This document shows, piece by piece, positions 24,955-37,215 of a stretch of 64,000 nucleotides of DNA. How positions within the stretch are numbered: the first letter of the stretch is position 1; every line of letters begins with the position of its first letter. The position numbers and the translations under genes were made by a program. The notes beneath the pieces are model-generated. The model saw nothing but the letters and a program-made list of their open reading frames with translations. It was not told the DNA's origin and ran no database searches. This DNA comes from Hemiscyllium ocellatum (Eukaryota). The stretch lies in contig NW_026867442.1 of the NCBI RefSeq assembly GCF_020745735.1, positions 359,040-423,039 on the forward strand, given 5' to 3'.

Positions 24955-25249
24955 CCCAAGCTTCAGCTCGTCCCTCAACACATAGTCCTGGACCTTGGAA
25001 TGTGCCAGTCTGCAATACTCAGTCGGGGTCAACTCCTTCAGCTGGAAGATCAACAGGTTTCGGACCACCCAGAGAGCATCCTTCACCGAGTTGAAGATCC
25101 TCCAGGCGCAGTTGATGTTCGTCTCGGTGTGCGTCCCGGGGAACAGGCCGTAGAGCACGGAGTCCCGCATCACGGCGCTGCTCAGGACGAACCTCGACAA
25201 ATACCACTGCATTCCTCTCCAGACTTCCTCTGCATAGGCACATTCCAGG
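24955..25249 (-). mobile_element. Inverted fragment of Tx1 ORF2 C-terminus inserted into ORF1
   Basis: Minus-strand translation LLECAYAEEVWRGMQWYLSRFVLSSAV...VQDYVLRDELKLG is nearly identical to about 23071-23370 of the first element. Confidence 0.9.
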
Positions 25250-28200
25250 AGTCGGGTTGTTACAATCCATATGTACAACCCCTATATTCCAGCGGCTGAT
25301 GTCCTGACCTTCCTGGGAAGGTAGATCCAAGTTGAGGGAGAAGCCACCGATGTGATTGATCCCTTTGGGATCTGGACTAGTAAGCGGCAGGTCAGGGTAA
25401 CTCTGAGGGTCGATGGTAATGGGGAAATTCTCCACCCACCCTCGAGCTTCACAATTGGAGGGAGCAGAGGCTACCTGACATATGCAGGGCAGCCGAAAGT
25501 GTGCCGAACCTGTGGGAAGGCGGGACACATGGTGGCGGATTGTAAGGTGACCATCTGCAGGAATTGCAAACAGGACGCTCACCTGACTAAGGACTGTCAG
25601 GAAGCAAAGAGCTGCAACCTGTGCGGAGAGGCAGGCCACATGTACAAGACCTGCCCAAGACGGGGGAGGCGGGGGGCCCACTTACGCACAGATGGCTGGA
25701 GGTGACAATGTGAGTCGTGGATTCCCAAAGACCAGCAAGGTCCACGCAGACAACAGGGAAACGGAGACTGGTGGTACCCAGAAAGAAGAACAGGCTGGAG
25801 TGGAGGAGGCAGCAGCCAGTGGAGAGACACAGCAGCTGATCCTAGCTCTAGCTGGGCAGATGGAAGCAATGGAGGAGGAGGTAATTGAGAAGGCAGAGGA
25901 GTGGATACCTGTTAAAAACAGGAAGAGGAAATCCTGCCAGGCCCCCAAAGCCTCCCAGCAAAGGGGGAAAAGGCAACTGCACGAGGGAGAGATGGCCAGC
26001 TCTTCGGATGGGGAAGACGAGCGCAAAGAAGGTCATCACCACCAGAAGAAGAGACAAAGCACCGTAGATAAAGAGGAGGGCATTTCCTCCCAACCAGGAA
26101 ACAACGGAACCCCGAAGTCCACCCTCCACCTAGTGAGAACCAGGGGGTACCCACTGCCCAAAACTCCAGGTAACTGAAAGCTGTGATCCTCTGACAATCC
26201 CATTGTCAGACACAGAACTGGACGGTGAGGACCCTTGCCTTGGCTCAATGACACCAGAGCGGGTAAATGACCCCAGTGAGGAGCTGGATAGCTACCTCAG
26301 CCCAGCGAAGGTCCAGCAGTTCGTGCTCACCATGGGGATGCAGACAGCTACCCCAGAGACAGGACAGTCAAATGGACAATGGTAACCCCATAAACTGGGG
26401 ATTAAAGAAGGTTCCTTTGTTATTGTAGAACAAGGCACCCACTCACTAGGTGGGTTCCGCTGAAGCCGCATCGAAATAATAAGAGACTGGATGGTTAATA
26501 AAGGGAACTGTAAATAGGATAACTGTAAATTCGATTAATTCAATCTGTTCTTTGTAATGTTAAGACGTGCAATGTATATATCTATGAACGACATGACAAA
26601 TTGTACAGGTACCATTATTTCTATGAATAATGTATATTTTGAAATTTTAAAAAATCCTGTTTTTCTGCAGGCAATACATCTCAAAAGCAATCACATTTGT
26701 TTCAACAAAATGTAGTAGACAATATATTTTGGTCCAAGGAAGGACTGGACGTTTTGGCAATGATCTGAATTTGTATCTGGAATTTTAATTAATCTGTCAA
26801 CATGGAAAATAATGAATTTGTTTTGTAAGAATATTATGTGTTTTACTTTTGTTGTGGAAGTTTTCAGCAACTGGGTTGCACATTATCAAAATGTGAGCAG
26901 AGTTTTCAGAGCAGATTGTGGATGTGGGTTGGACTGAAGCTTTCTCAGTGAGAGGAAAGTATTAATAGAAAAACAATTTTTTTCAGTTTTCAACCCAACA
27001 GGCGAAAACCTCAAAGAAGGGCTATGTAATTGGAAGAGCATTGAGTTGTCAGTGTGGCAGAGGGATTTACTGTACTCAGTGCCTTCTTCCTCAAGCTGCA
27101 TTCATCCAGACATCCTGATGTAAACAAAACAGAAATTTCTTAAACTCTAGCAGGTCTGGCAGCATCTGTGGAGAGAAAGCAGAGTTAATCCCTTCTGAAG
27201 CATCTTGACTTGTATTTGTTGCATCAGACTTTGCCGAGTCAGGAGGTAAATTACTTCGCACAGAGTTTCAGCCTCTGATGTTATCCTGTAAACCTTGTTT
27301 ATTTGGCTAATCCAGTTCCATTTCTGGTAAATGGTGACATCCTCCAGGATAGTGTTAGTGGGATTCAATGATGGTAATGTCGTGAATGATGCGGGGATAT
27401 GACTGGATCCTATGTTTTGGTCATTGTCTGGCACTGTTTGTCACCAATGTTATTTCCAACCTATCAGCCCAAGACTTCTTGAATGTTGTTCAGGTTTTAC
27501 TGATAGTGACTCGGAATACAGCTGAGGAATTATGAATGGGATTCAACAGTGTGAGTCAAGAAGCATCCTCATTTCTGACCTTATGGAGAAAAGGACTCTG
27601 AAGATGATTGGATCTAGGACAATGCCCTGGGACTGAGGTGTTTGAACCTGCAACAGGCACAGCTATCTCCTGATTCCATTGGCTTCAATTTTTCTAACAC
27701 TCCTTGATACCATACTTCATCAAAAGCTCCCTTAATGTCAGCCCAATTATTGGATGTAATGAGGATTGGAGCTGAATGGTTCTGACAGAAGCCAAACTGG
27801 GCATCAGTCAGCGTTTTATTGGGGAATGTATTTCTTAATTGCATTGTTAATGATGATCAACCATTTTGCTGAGGATTAAGCAGAGACAGATGGAGCAACA
27901 TTTGAATAGTTTGGACATTCCTCCATTTTGAGGGCAGGATTTACCTGGGTAAATTTACACATTGTTAGTAGTTGTCAGTGTTGTTGCTGCATTTAAACAG
28001 ATTGTCAAGAGATATGACTAGTTCTGGAGCACAAACCACCAATCGTACAGTTAATATGTTTTCAAGCCTTATTGCAATTGCTGTGTCCTCTTATCCCTTC
28101 ATAAGTATCAGAGAAGGGTGGAGTTAAGTTGGTTATTTTCCCCATTGGTTTTGTTCCTACCTGCTGCAGGCCAAGTCTACCAAATTTGCCCTTTAGGATT

Positions 28201-29477
28201 GCACCAACCTGGCCATTAGTGCTGCTGTGAATGTATGTTTGGTGATGAAAATTGAAGTCATGTACTTAGAGCACATTCTGAGCCCTTGCCACCCTCACTA
28301 CTTCCTCAAAGTGGCATTCAACATGGAATACTGATTCACCACTCGGCAAACAGAACCACAACAACGGACACCCGAGCTACAAGTCTTCAACCAGACTTTA
28401 AACTGATTCACCAGTTAGGGGGTGGCGGGAATCAGCAGGAAGTTGTCCATGGTTGACCTGATGCCCTCAGACTTTATGGAATCTGAAGTCAATATTGAAG
28501 TCTCCCAGAGCAACTCACTCCCAATTGTATGATACTGCCACTACCTCTGCTGAGTCTGTCCTGCTAAGGAGGAGTGTGCAACATTGGCTGTAAATTGGGT
28601 GTGACTATGTCAGGCTGAAACTTGAGTGTTCTGTGGGGCAATTAGACACAATCCCTGACTATGAGTAAGGAGAACTTTGCAGAGTCATCAGGGCTGAATA
28701 TATTGTTGTTATTTCTGGTTCATTGATTGTTATCACATGGTGTGTTTGGTTTTATTATTTACCTTCCCCAGCAGTTTATGGAAGAACTAGGTGGCTTACT
28801 TGGCTACTTCAGACTGAAGAGCCAACCATGTTGCTGTGGGCTTGGAGACATATGGAGACCAGAACGGGTGGGGAAGATAGGTGTTCTTACATAAGGGATG
28901 GCAGAGTTTTCAAAGTGGTGACCCTGGGAAAGTGTTTGGTATTGCCAGGGGCATATGGGTGTTTTTAGTATTCATGGGACACCTTTTGGAAAATTTATTA
29001 TTTCCTGTCTGTTTTCTGGAATGTTTTCAGTGTTGCTGGGGTGTCAGCATTTTAAAAATGTCCCTGAGAATGTGTTGGTATTTGGTATTTACATGGACTC
29101 TCATGGAGGGTTTCAGCATTTATTGAGGCTCCCTGGCAGCGTGCTTTTAGAATCTTCATCCATGTGTTTGAATGTTTATTCAAATAGATGGGAATAACTA
29201 TTTGTAAAAATGGAACCATAGCAGATGAAAGAAATTTAAAATTCTCCATGACATTTTTCATTTTCCCAAACTAGATTTGTTCACTTTGCATTGAATCAAC
29301 ACTCTTGTGTAAATTAGATCAAGATTCTTTTAAGCGATGTTTATTTCAGATATTTCTGGAAGTTTCCAAAGATGTCATCTTTGTTCCTAGACTTGAGTAA
29401 GGGTTGTGGTTTTTGTCCTAGTACCTAGTAGAATTTATGATAGTGGAGGTGCTGGTGTTGCACTGGGGTGGACAAAG

Positions 29478-29705
29478 TTAAAAATCACACAACACCAGGT
29501 TGGAGTCCAGCAGGTTGACTTGGAAGTACTGTACTAGCTTTCAGAGTGCTTCTCCTTCATCAGGTGGTTGTCAAGCAGGATCATAAAACAAAGGATCATA
29601 TGATCCTGGTCCACAGCTACCTGATGAAGGAGCAGCACTCTGAAAACTAGTGCTTCCAAATAAACCTTTTGGACTATAACCTGGTGTTGTATGTTTTTTA
29701 ACTCT
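29478..29705. repeat. Palindromic Penelope-type pLTR remnant
   Basis: aaagttaaaaatcacacaacaccaggtt...cttcatcaggt and acctgatgaagg...aacctggtgttgtatgtttttaact form an inverted pair. Confidence 0.6.
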
Positions 29706-30838
29706 GTAGAATTTCAGCAATGTTTGGAGAGGAGTATCTTTTGGTTGTAGTGTACTGATGGTGTTTCGCCTCTGGTTTTCTTCAGTTTCTTCCTGTCAAC
29801 TGATGTAAATTTCAGTCTCAGCAGTCTACTGGTTTCCTCATTCTGTTGCAGTATTTAGAGTTCTCAGACATGTGCAGTTTTGGTGCGGTTTCACTTAACA
29901 GGCAGTCATCCCGATAACATGAGCCACCTTTTTGAACAGCAGTGGGCCTTGTAATGGTGGTAGGTGATTTGAGATTAAATAGAGCTACCAGTGATGAAGG
30001 AGCAAGTCAGAGAGCGTGTGTGGAGGTGATGTGCCTAAGGTGCTGACTCATTTGTAGTGTCAGAAGTATCTTTGAAGTTTTCAAGTTGGCAGGGTTAGTG
30101 TTTGAAAATGTCAGACTGTATCTGAAACCAGAAGTATCTAGAAAATGAAATGTGCCATCATAACCTTTTTAATGTAGAAAGATGATTATTCCTGTAAGGT
30201 GTTGACCCTGACCTCAATTTCTTTTTCTTGGAATGGAAATTTATTTTCTCAATTTTCTTCCCTGTTCTCCCTATTCTGACTGAGAATTTGGCCAAGTAAT
30301 CACTTTCTTTTCTGAACCTTTATCATGTGTTGCCTGGCAAATTAGAGAAGGAATCAGAGGGCTGATCCATCCCACATGAGTGCACTTGGCAAAGGGGAAT
30401 CACTGGATGGATTTTCTTCCCTTTTCTGCCGAAGTTGAAGCCGTTCCCTACAGCTTGGAGATTGATCAGTTGCAGAACACTTCAGCTCGGTGGTGTGTAA
30501 CAATATCACAGTGTTGTGTGTAATCGTATAACAGGGCCTGTGTCTGTTGTCTGGTATTGATCTATGCAACTTCAGAAAAGAAAAGAAAACTTGTTTTAAA
30601 TGGCACCGTTTACAATCATGGAAATTTCTTTATGTGACTTACAAGCAGTGAACACTTTGTAGTTTATGAAATAGCAAATACAAAATACAATTTGAGCATA
30701 TTAGGTTCATCAAAATAGCAAATTGTTGAATAGGATAGTCTGTTGAAATAAACATTGACCAGAATGCTGAGGTCTTCTGCATCCGTCACATCAGAAAGAC
30801 ACCATCAATAAAATAGTGCAGTACACCCTCAGTACTGT

Positions 30839-31059
30839 ACAGGTCATTCTGCTATAACTTGCATTTCGTTAACACAAATTTGCTATAACACGATCGACAA
30901 ATTGGAGACACTCTTTCTAAAGCACGAACTCTGAAAACGTGTGTTGGCTGTAACCTGATTACATCGCGAAGACTTTAAGTGCTGTTTCTAAAATGTGACT
31001 TTCCGATATCATGGGGGTTGGACAGCAATGCAACCATTATGTTATAGAAGAACTACCTG
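30839..31059. mobile_element. MITE-like element with terminal inverted repeats
   Basis: Ends caggtcattctgctataac ... gttatagaagaactacctg are imperfect inverted repeats; TA on the left. Confidence 0.45.
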
Positions 31060-31452
31060 GAGTGAAATGTCTGCCTGAGAGATCTGCTCAAATCTCTGGT
31101 GGGATTTGAACCCACAATCTGCTGTCTCAGGCTACACAACTGCTATCTGGTCAGTGACGGACCTTTCCTGCTCTTAAAATAAGTGGCACAGTTGTGATGA
31201 AATACCCTTTGGGTGTGGTGTGCACATTATATCATATTGCTCCCATTCTGATCCTCTTTATTTGTCTAAATCAATAGAGAACCAACTAATTTCCTGAATT
31301 ATCAACCCTTCCACATATTCTCATGTCAATAACTTTTATTCATTGCCCTGAAGGCCTCAATTGATAGAGAACAGCGAAAGACCAAGCAGATTATCAGACT
31401 TTATTGTTTAAAATATTAAATCTCTTTGATTTATAGGATATTTGATTAATCT

Positions 31453-31619
31453 ACATGCAGAAGAGCCTCGATTATCTGGCATTCGATTATCTGAATTTCG
31501 GATCATCCAAAGTAGATCGTAAGATCCCGATGCTTGGCTAAACTGTATTACCCAGCATTCAATTATCCAAACAAAACACTCCTTACCCATGTCGCTCGGG
31601 TAATCGAGGTTCCTCTGTA
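31453..31619. mobile_element. Tigger/pogo-like MITE remnant
   Basis: cagaagagcctcgattatc ... taatcgaggttcctctgta imperfect TIR pair. Confidence 0.45.
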
Positions 31620-33567
31620 AATTGTTCCATTGTTTTAATGTTGTGCTTCCTTGTAAATCTACATTATTACCTGAAAAGCACATGGCTGTTCTGGGTTGTG
31701 TTTAATTGTTTGCAGTGAATAGTACGTTCACAACAACATCAAGTGTCCCAAACTAATCGTCATCAAATTGATTTACCTTTCTCCCTCAGTTATTTTTTAA
31801 AAATTGGAACTATCATTTAACCTTCAGAGTAGTCACAGCATATAACCGTGTGTCAGCTCTTTTCCAGTTCCTGATGAGAAACATCTCTGCCATGACACAA
31901 GCCAACCTCTAACTTTACAGTCACTTTCAAATAAATGTTTGTTCGAACCATTCTTTGTTTCTGTATCAAAGGCATTTGCTGTAACAGGCAATAATATTTG
32001 AAGAGCTCATTTATCCACCATTTTCCAAGGGCGGGTGGTGGAGGCTTTCCTTGGCTAATTCTCTTTATTTTCACCATATAAGGGAAGTTGACCTGCCAGA
32101 CACAAATTGGGCATTTGTGTCTGAGCATAAGTTGGACTTTCTCTGCAGATTGCAGCTGCAGTAACATATCCCTATTGTGACCTTTTACCACCTGCTGTAG
32201 TTGCTTTATCAAACTCCCTGTTTGGTTATGTATATCTCATGTTCGGAAAAGATTTCCATGCTGTGGCTGTCTGTGACTATTGGACTCTTTGTGACACTCT
32301 GTGACAATCTATTTCTCTCTGTGACTCTCTGTGACTCTGTCTCAATCAGAATGACAAATGTTACAATGTATTTATTGCACATTTCTGATAAATAATTTGT
32401 CTTGTGGAAAGGGAAGATGCATTTAACGTGAGGTGAACTGATAGAGTTGTGAAAAGAGGTCTGTAATGTAAGAAAAAAAATGTCAGTCATGGTTTAATTC
32501 TACTAACGTCAGTAAATGACTATTAACCATTAATTTACAGAAATGGAACATTTACATTGCGAGAAGGAAGAGAGACGAGATAATGTAGGGACCAGGAAAT
32601 GGGACTTGGCCAGATTAGCAGTTGTTTAATGAATGGTAGAGTCTCAGAAAAACAACCAAATATTTGCAGGGGCAAATATTTGGCCAAAGGACTGTTATAA
32701 AGAAAGAAATACTTACATCTAAATAGTGAGTTTTGTGGTTCTGGGGCATCTCAAAATAGCTCTCTGCCAATGAAGTACTTTTTGAATTCTGGTCATTGTT
32801 TCAAGGGAGGTATTATGACGTCATAGTTCCAATTGTTCTGCCATAATAGCCACTTGGTGATCATGATAATCTGGATAATCAGATTCCGAGCAAAAACTTG
32901 GTTGAATATACAGCACAGACACCAAAAGAGCTGCTGGAAATCTGAAACAAAAACAGAAATTGCTAGAAAAGCCCAGCAGGTCTGGCAGCATCTTTGGACA
33001 GAAATCCGTGAACATTTCTGATTCAGTGACCTTTGTGGTTATGGGACATCTCAAAATGGCTCTCTGTGAATGAGGTATTTTTTGAATTCTGGTCATTGTT
33101 CCAAGGTAGGTATTATGATGCCATGGCTCAAATTGTTATGGCAAAATAACCGGGGAACAAGGACTTGGGCTTCTGCTGATGGTTACTGACATTATTTGAT
33201 TTTGGTTCTGGTGTATACACATACAGATGCTCCTAGTTTGAACCTACTACTTACTACTTGCACATTCTTCACTGAAGCTACATTATCTCTCAGGACTGGA
33301 GAACATCCCACACTGGTGAAGGATTTGATGCTCGATGTTGGTATACCAAGCAGAATTCAATTGTTTATACAAAATGTTGTATTTTATTATCATTAAATAA
33401 TGTCTACTTAATTTTACTTTTTTTGACCAAATGTCGTAATGCAAATAAACATTGAAAATCCAAATCCAAAATAAATATTTGAGTTTCTGATTGCAAGCTT
33501 GGAATGTAATCTAAGCTGAATCTGAAAATCTGTGTTGTTGATTATCTTTGCTTTGCTTTTGTTTTAG

Positions 33568-33654
33568 GTCAGTTGACAAGTTGTGGAGTAGAACATCTAA
33601 CAAGTCAGTCCTACTAAATCAGAGACTGATAAAGAGTCGAAGTACGAGACAAAG
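33568..33654 (+). pseudogene. CEP350: CEP350 first coding exon homolog, copy 1 (TTG start, phase-shifted donor)
   Basis: ttttag acceptor and gtacag donor. TTG-WSRTSNKSVLLNQRLIKSRSTRQ aligns without gaps to the recalled human N-terminal 24 residues; an extra A gives a phase-2 end. Confidence 0.5.
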
Positions 33655-34654
33655 GTACAGTGGTGCTGATTTGCAAACTACTCCAGTTAGTTGTAGTGCC
33701 TTCAATCACTGTTGTGGTGACTATTGGGTTCAGTCATCAATACTGTGTGGCAGATTAGAGATAATTTGATCCTATCGCCAAAGGACCGTTATAAAGAAAG
33801 AAATATTTACATTTAAATCGGGAGTTTTGTGGTTATGTGATATCTCAAAATGGCTCTCTGCCAATGATGTATTTTTTGAATTCTGGTCATTGTTACAAGG
33901 AAGGTATTATGATGTCGGGCTCCGATTGTTATGACATAATAACCAGTTGGTGTTAGTACTGGATAATCAGATCCCCAGCAAAACCTTGATTGAATATACA
34001 GCACAAAAACCAAAAAAACTGCTGGAAATCTGAAACAAACAAAAAAAAAATTGCTGGAAAGCTCAGTAGGTCTGGCAGCATCTGTGGAGAGAAATCCTTT
34101 AACATTTCTGGTTCAGTGATCTTTGTTATTATGGGACATCTCAAAATGGATCTCTGCGAGTGAGGTATTTTTTGAATTCTGGTCATTGTTCCAAGGAAGT
34201 ATTATGATGTTGCGTGTTGTGGCTCCAATTGTTATGTAATAAAAGCCAGGAGAACACGGGCTTGGGCTTCTGTTGATGCTTACTGACATTATTTGATTGT
34301 GGTTCTGGTGTATATACACACAGATGCTCTAGTTTGAACTTACTACTTAATTCTTTTACATTCCTCACTGAAGCTAATTTATCGCTCAGGACTGGAGAAC
34401 GTCCCACACTGGTGAAGGATTTGATTGTGCTGTAAGGCTCAACATTGGTATACAAACCAGATTTCAATTGTTTATACAAAATGTTGTATTTCATTATCAT
34501 TAAATAATGTCGACTTAATATTGCTGTTTTAGACCAAATTGAAAATCCAAATCCAAAATAAGTATTCAAGTTTCTGATTGCAAGCTTGTAATGAAATCTA
34601 ATCTGAATCTGAAAATCTGTGTTGTTGATTATCCTTGCTTTGCTTTTGTTTTAG

Positions 34655-34740
34655 GTGAGCTGACAAGTTGTGGAGTCAAACATCTAACAAGTCAGCCCTC
34701 CTAAATCAGAGACTGATAAAGATTCAAAATACGAGGCAAG
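34655..34740 (+). pseudogene. CEP350: CEP350 first coding exon homolog, copy 2 (TTG start)
   Basis: Same splice sites; TTG(34668)-WSQTSNKSALLNQRLIKIQNTRQ then a phase-1 donor. Confidence 0.5.
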
Positions 34741-36401
34741 GTACAGTGGTGCTGATTTGCAAACTACTCCAGTTAGTTGTAGTGCCTTCAATCACTGTTG
34801 TGGTGACTATTGGGTTCAGTCATCAATACTGTGTGGCAGATTAGAGATCATTTGATCCTATGGCCAAAGGACTGTCATAAAGAAAGAAATATTTACATTT
34901 AAATCGGAAGTTTTGTGGTTATGGGACATCTCAAAATGGCTCTCTGCCAATGATGTATTTTTTGAATTCTGGTCATTGTTACAAGGAAGATATTATGATG
35001 TCGGGCTCCGATTGTTATGACATAATAACCAGTTGATGTTAGTACTGGATAATCAGATCCCCAGCAAAACCTTGATTGAATATACAGCACAAAAACCATA
35101 AGAACTGCTGGAAATCTGAAACAAAAAAAAATTGCTGGAAAGGGTCAGAAGGTCTGGCAGCATCTGTGGAGAGAAATCCGTAATCATTTCTGGTTCAGCG
35201 ATCCTTCCTCTGAACACTGCAACAATAACTCTTATTTCTCTACATGTTGTGAGGAAGAGTCACTGCACCTGAAATGTTAACTGATTTCTCTCTACAGATG
35301 CTGCCAGACCTACTAAGCCTTTCCCGCCATGTCTGTTTGAAGATACAGTAAATGTTTTATTAACTGTCACCAATGGGACCAGGAGCGCTGGTTGATCAAA
35401 TATTCCAGTGTCAAACAGACTGACATAATCAATGCTTAGTAATAGAAACCTAATGCAGGGGTATACACATCACTTTATTTGTCGTATATCTCACTGAAGC
35501 AAGCATGCACATTTGCCTTAAATAAAACTTAATGGCAGAGTGCCTTCTCACTTACAGCCTCAACTGACTACTCTGACACCATGAAAATGCGGTGACCTTC
35601 GAGTATTTCAGGTGTATGATTTTTGTTGGTTTATTAAGAGCAACAGTTCATAAAGTGCCAGTTAAAATAACATTTGCTGTCCCATGATTGTTTTTGGCTG
35701 CCTGGTTGAATTACTAGCACATATTGCAGTTCACCATCTACATTGCACAATTCAGTAGTGTGATGGAATACTTTCAACTTGCCTGGATGAGTGCAGATCT
35801 GGTAATACTGAAGAAGCTTGACACTATTTGGGACAGAACAGCTGAGGGCTAACACCACATGCACAAACCTGCACTTCCTCCACCTTCAACACTCAGCACC
35901 AATCTGTACCATTTGCTTAATACACTTACAGAAGCTCTCTAAGACTGACAGGGTGGCACCTACCAAAACCATTCCAAAACTTTAATTCCATGCTGTACAT
36001 TTCTACACATTCTATCTTCTGCATCATCGCCCTGCTCGCTTATCACCCTCTTGTTACTTAATTTCATTCTCTGCCTTAACCCAGTCCTTCAGTTTCAAAG
36101 TTCCTATGTACAGATTTGTTTGTGGCTCCCGTTTACTTTTCCAACTCTTTTCTGCCCTGCCCCCCTCCATATCTCAGGTCATTCTGTCTGCTGAACATTT
36201 TAGCTCCATACTTCCCAGTCTCACCCTGACATTTCCTGCTTCTTAGCTTCCAGTTTCCCTCAAAATATATGTTTGACACCCTGCATGTTTTCTAGTTCCC
36301 CTTTGATTCCTGCCTGGCTCTATCCTAAGAGTTTTTACTGCAGGAAACATACTATTTTAACTTGCATTGTGTTTGATTCATTATTTTTCTTTCATCCCAA
36401 G

Positions 36402-36516
36402 TTGCGGCACATAGAAAACAGGCTTGAAGCTGTACCCACCACTACTGCAGTGACAGACACAGTGATGGATACTAAGAAAGCTTTGAGCAGTGCTACTCGA
36501 AAAATTAGCGGACTGG
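36402..36516 (+). CDS. CEP350: CEP350-like exon A
   Basis: LRHIENRLEAVPTTTAVTDTVMDTKKALSSATRKISGL vs recalled human LRHIENKLEVAPTSTAVCDSVMDTKKSSTSATRKISRK; AG/GT, phase 0 to 1. Confidence 0.9.
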
Positions 36517-37043
36517 GTAAGTGGAAGGAATACAAAATGAATTGTTCATGGTAATTAGATCAACAGTTACTCTTGACCTCATGCTGGCCATTGTTAATCA
36601 GATAAAAGTAATAACCCTGGTGAAATTAAGTTAAGTGGTCGAGGGTCATGCACTGACATTTTGCAGTGTTTTGAAAGCATTTGCAACAGAGACTGAGGCT
36701 ATGGAATCTTTTCCTTCTCACTAATTTATGGAGCTTCATTGGTAAGGCTTAGCAGGCAAAGTCAACCCTCCATTCCCTTCCTGAAGTGGTCATCTCCCGC
36801 TTCCATCTGTGTCAACACCTGTTGCCCTTTGCAGATTCCCCCCAAATGTCTGGTTTATCACTTTGTGCTGGTCCACAGAATTTGAGGAGGTGGACAAGAA
36901 GAATTAACTTAGCATCTATCTCTTCTATATTCTGACAGCAACAGTTTAAGAGAAACTTGTGCTTACTAACCAATCCCATTGATTGTGATAATGGAATGCA
37001 TGCTCCTTTTTGACTTCTTAAACTTTGTTTCTGTTTCTATCAG

Positions 37044-37215
37044 ATGGAAGGTATCTGGAGGATTCTGTAGCCAGTGCTACACCTGTCAAATCCAGTAGTC
37101 GCAGCAAATCACGGAAGGTCAACACCTCCCGCAGTCCCTTGCGATCTACCACCCTGGAAAGTAACATTATGAAGAGCAATCGAGATGAATTCAGAGATCC
37201 ATTAACTGCATATAG
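37044..37215 (+). CDS. CEP350: CEP350-like exon B
   Basis: (D)GRYLEDS...SRSPLRSTTLESN...EFRDPLTAY; AG/GT, phase 1 to 2. Confidence 0.9.

Larger units (their letters stand above)
23647..26654 (+). mobile_element. Second, diverged Tx1-family element with ORF1 only (no ORF2), interrupted
   Basis: ORF1 homology at 23647-23790 and 25250-26385 with three intact CCHC knuckles. About 270 nt after the ORF1 stop comes a tail matching the 3' end of the first element. Confidence 0.8.
32681..35205. repeat. Local tandem duplication, about 1.09-kb unit, about 2.3 copies
   Basis: Units start at about 32681, 33777 and 34862 (gccaaagga(c/g)...taaagaaagaaat). Each full unit carries the CEP350 first-coding-exon homolog and an internal sub-repeat. 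Confidence 0.9.

Noticed and set aside
33439-33446. ATGCAAAT octamer (also about 41102) as an Ig V promoter
   Set aside because: No leader or V exon downstream; they lie in CEP350-like intronic or duplicated AT-rich sequence.
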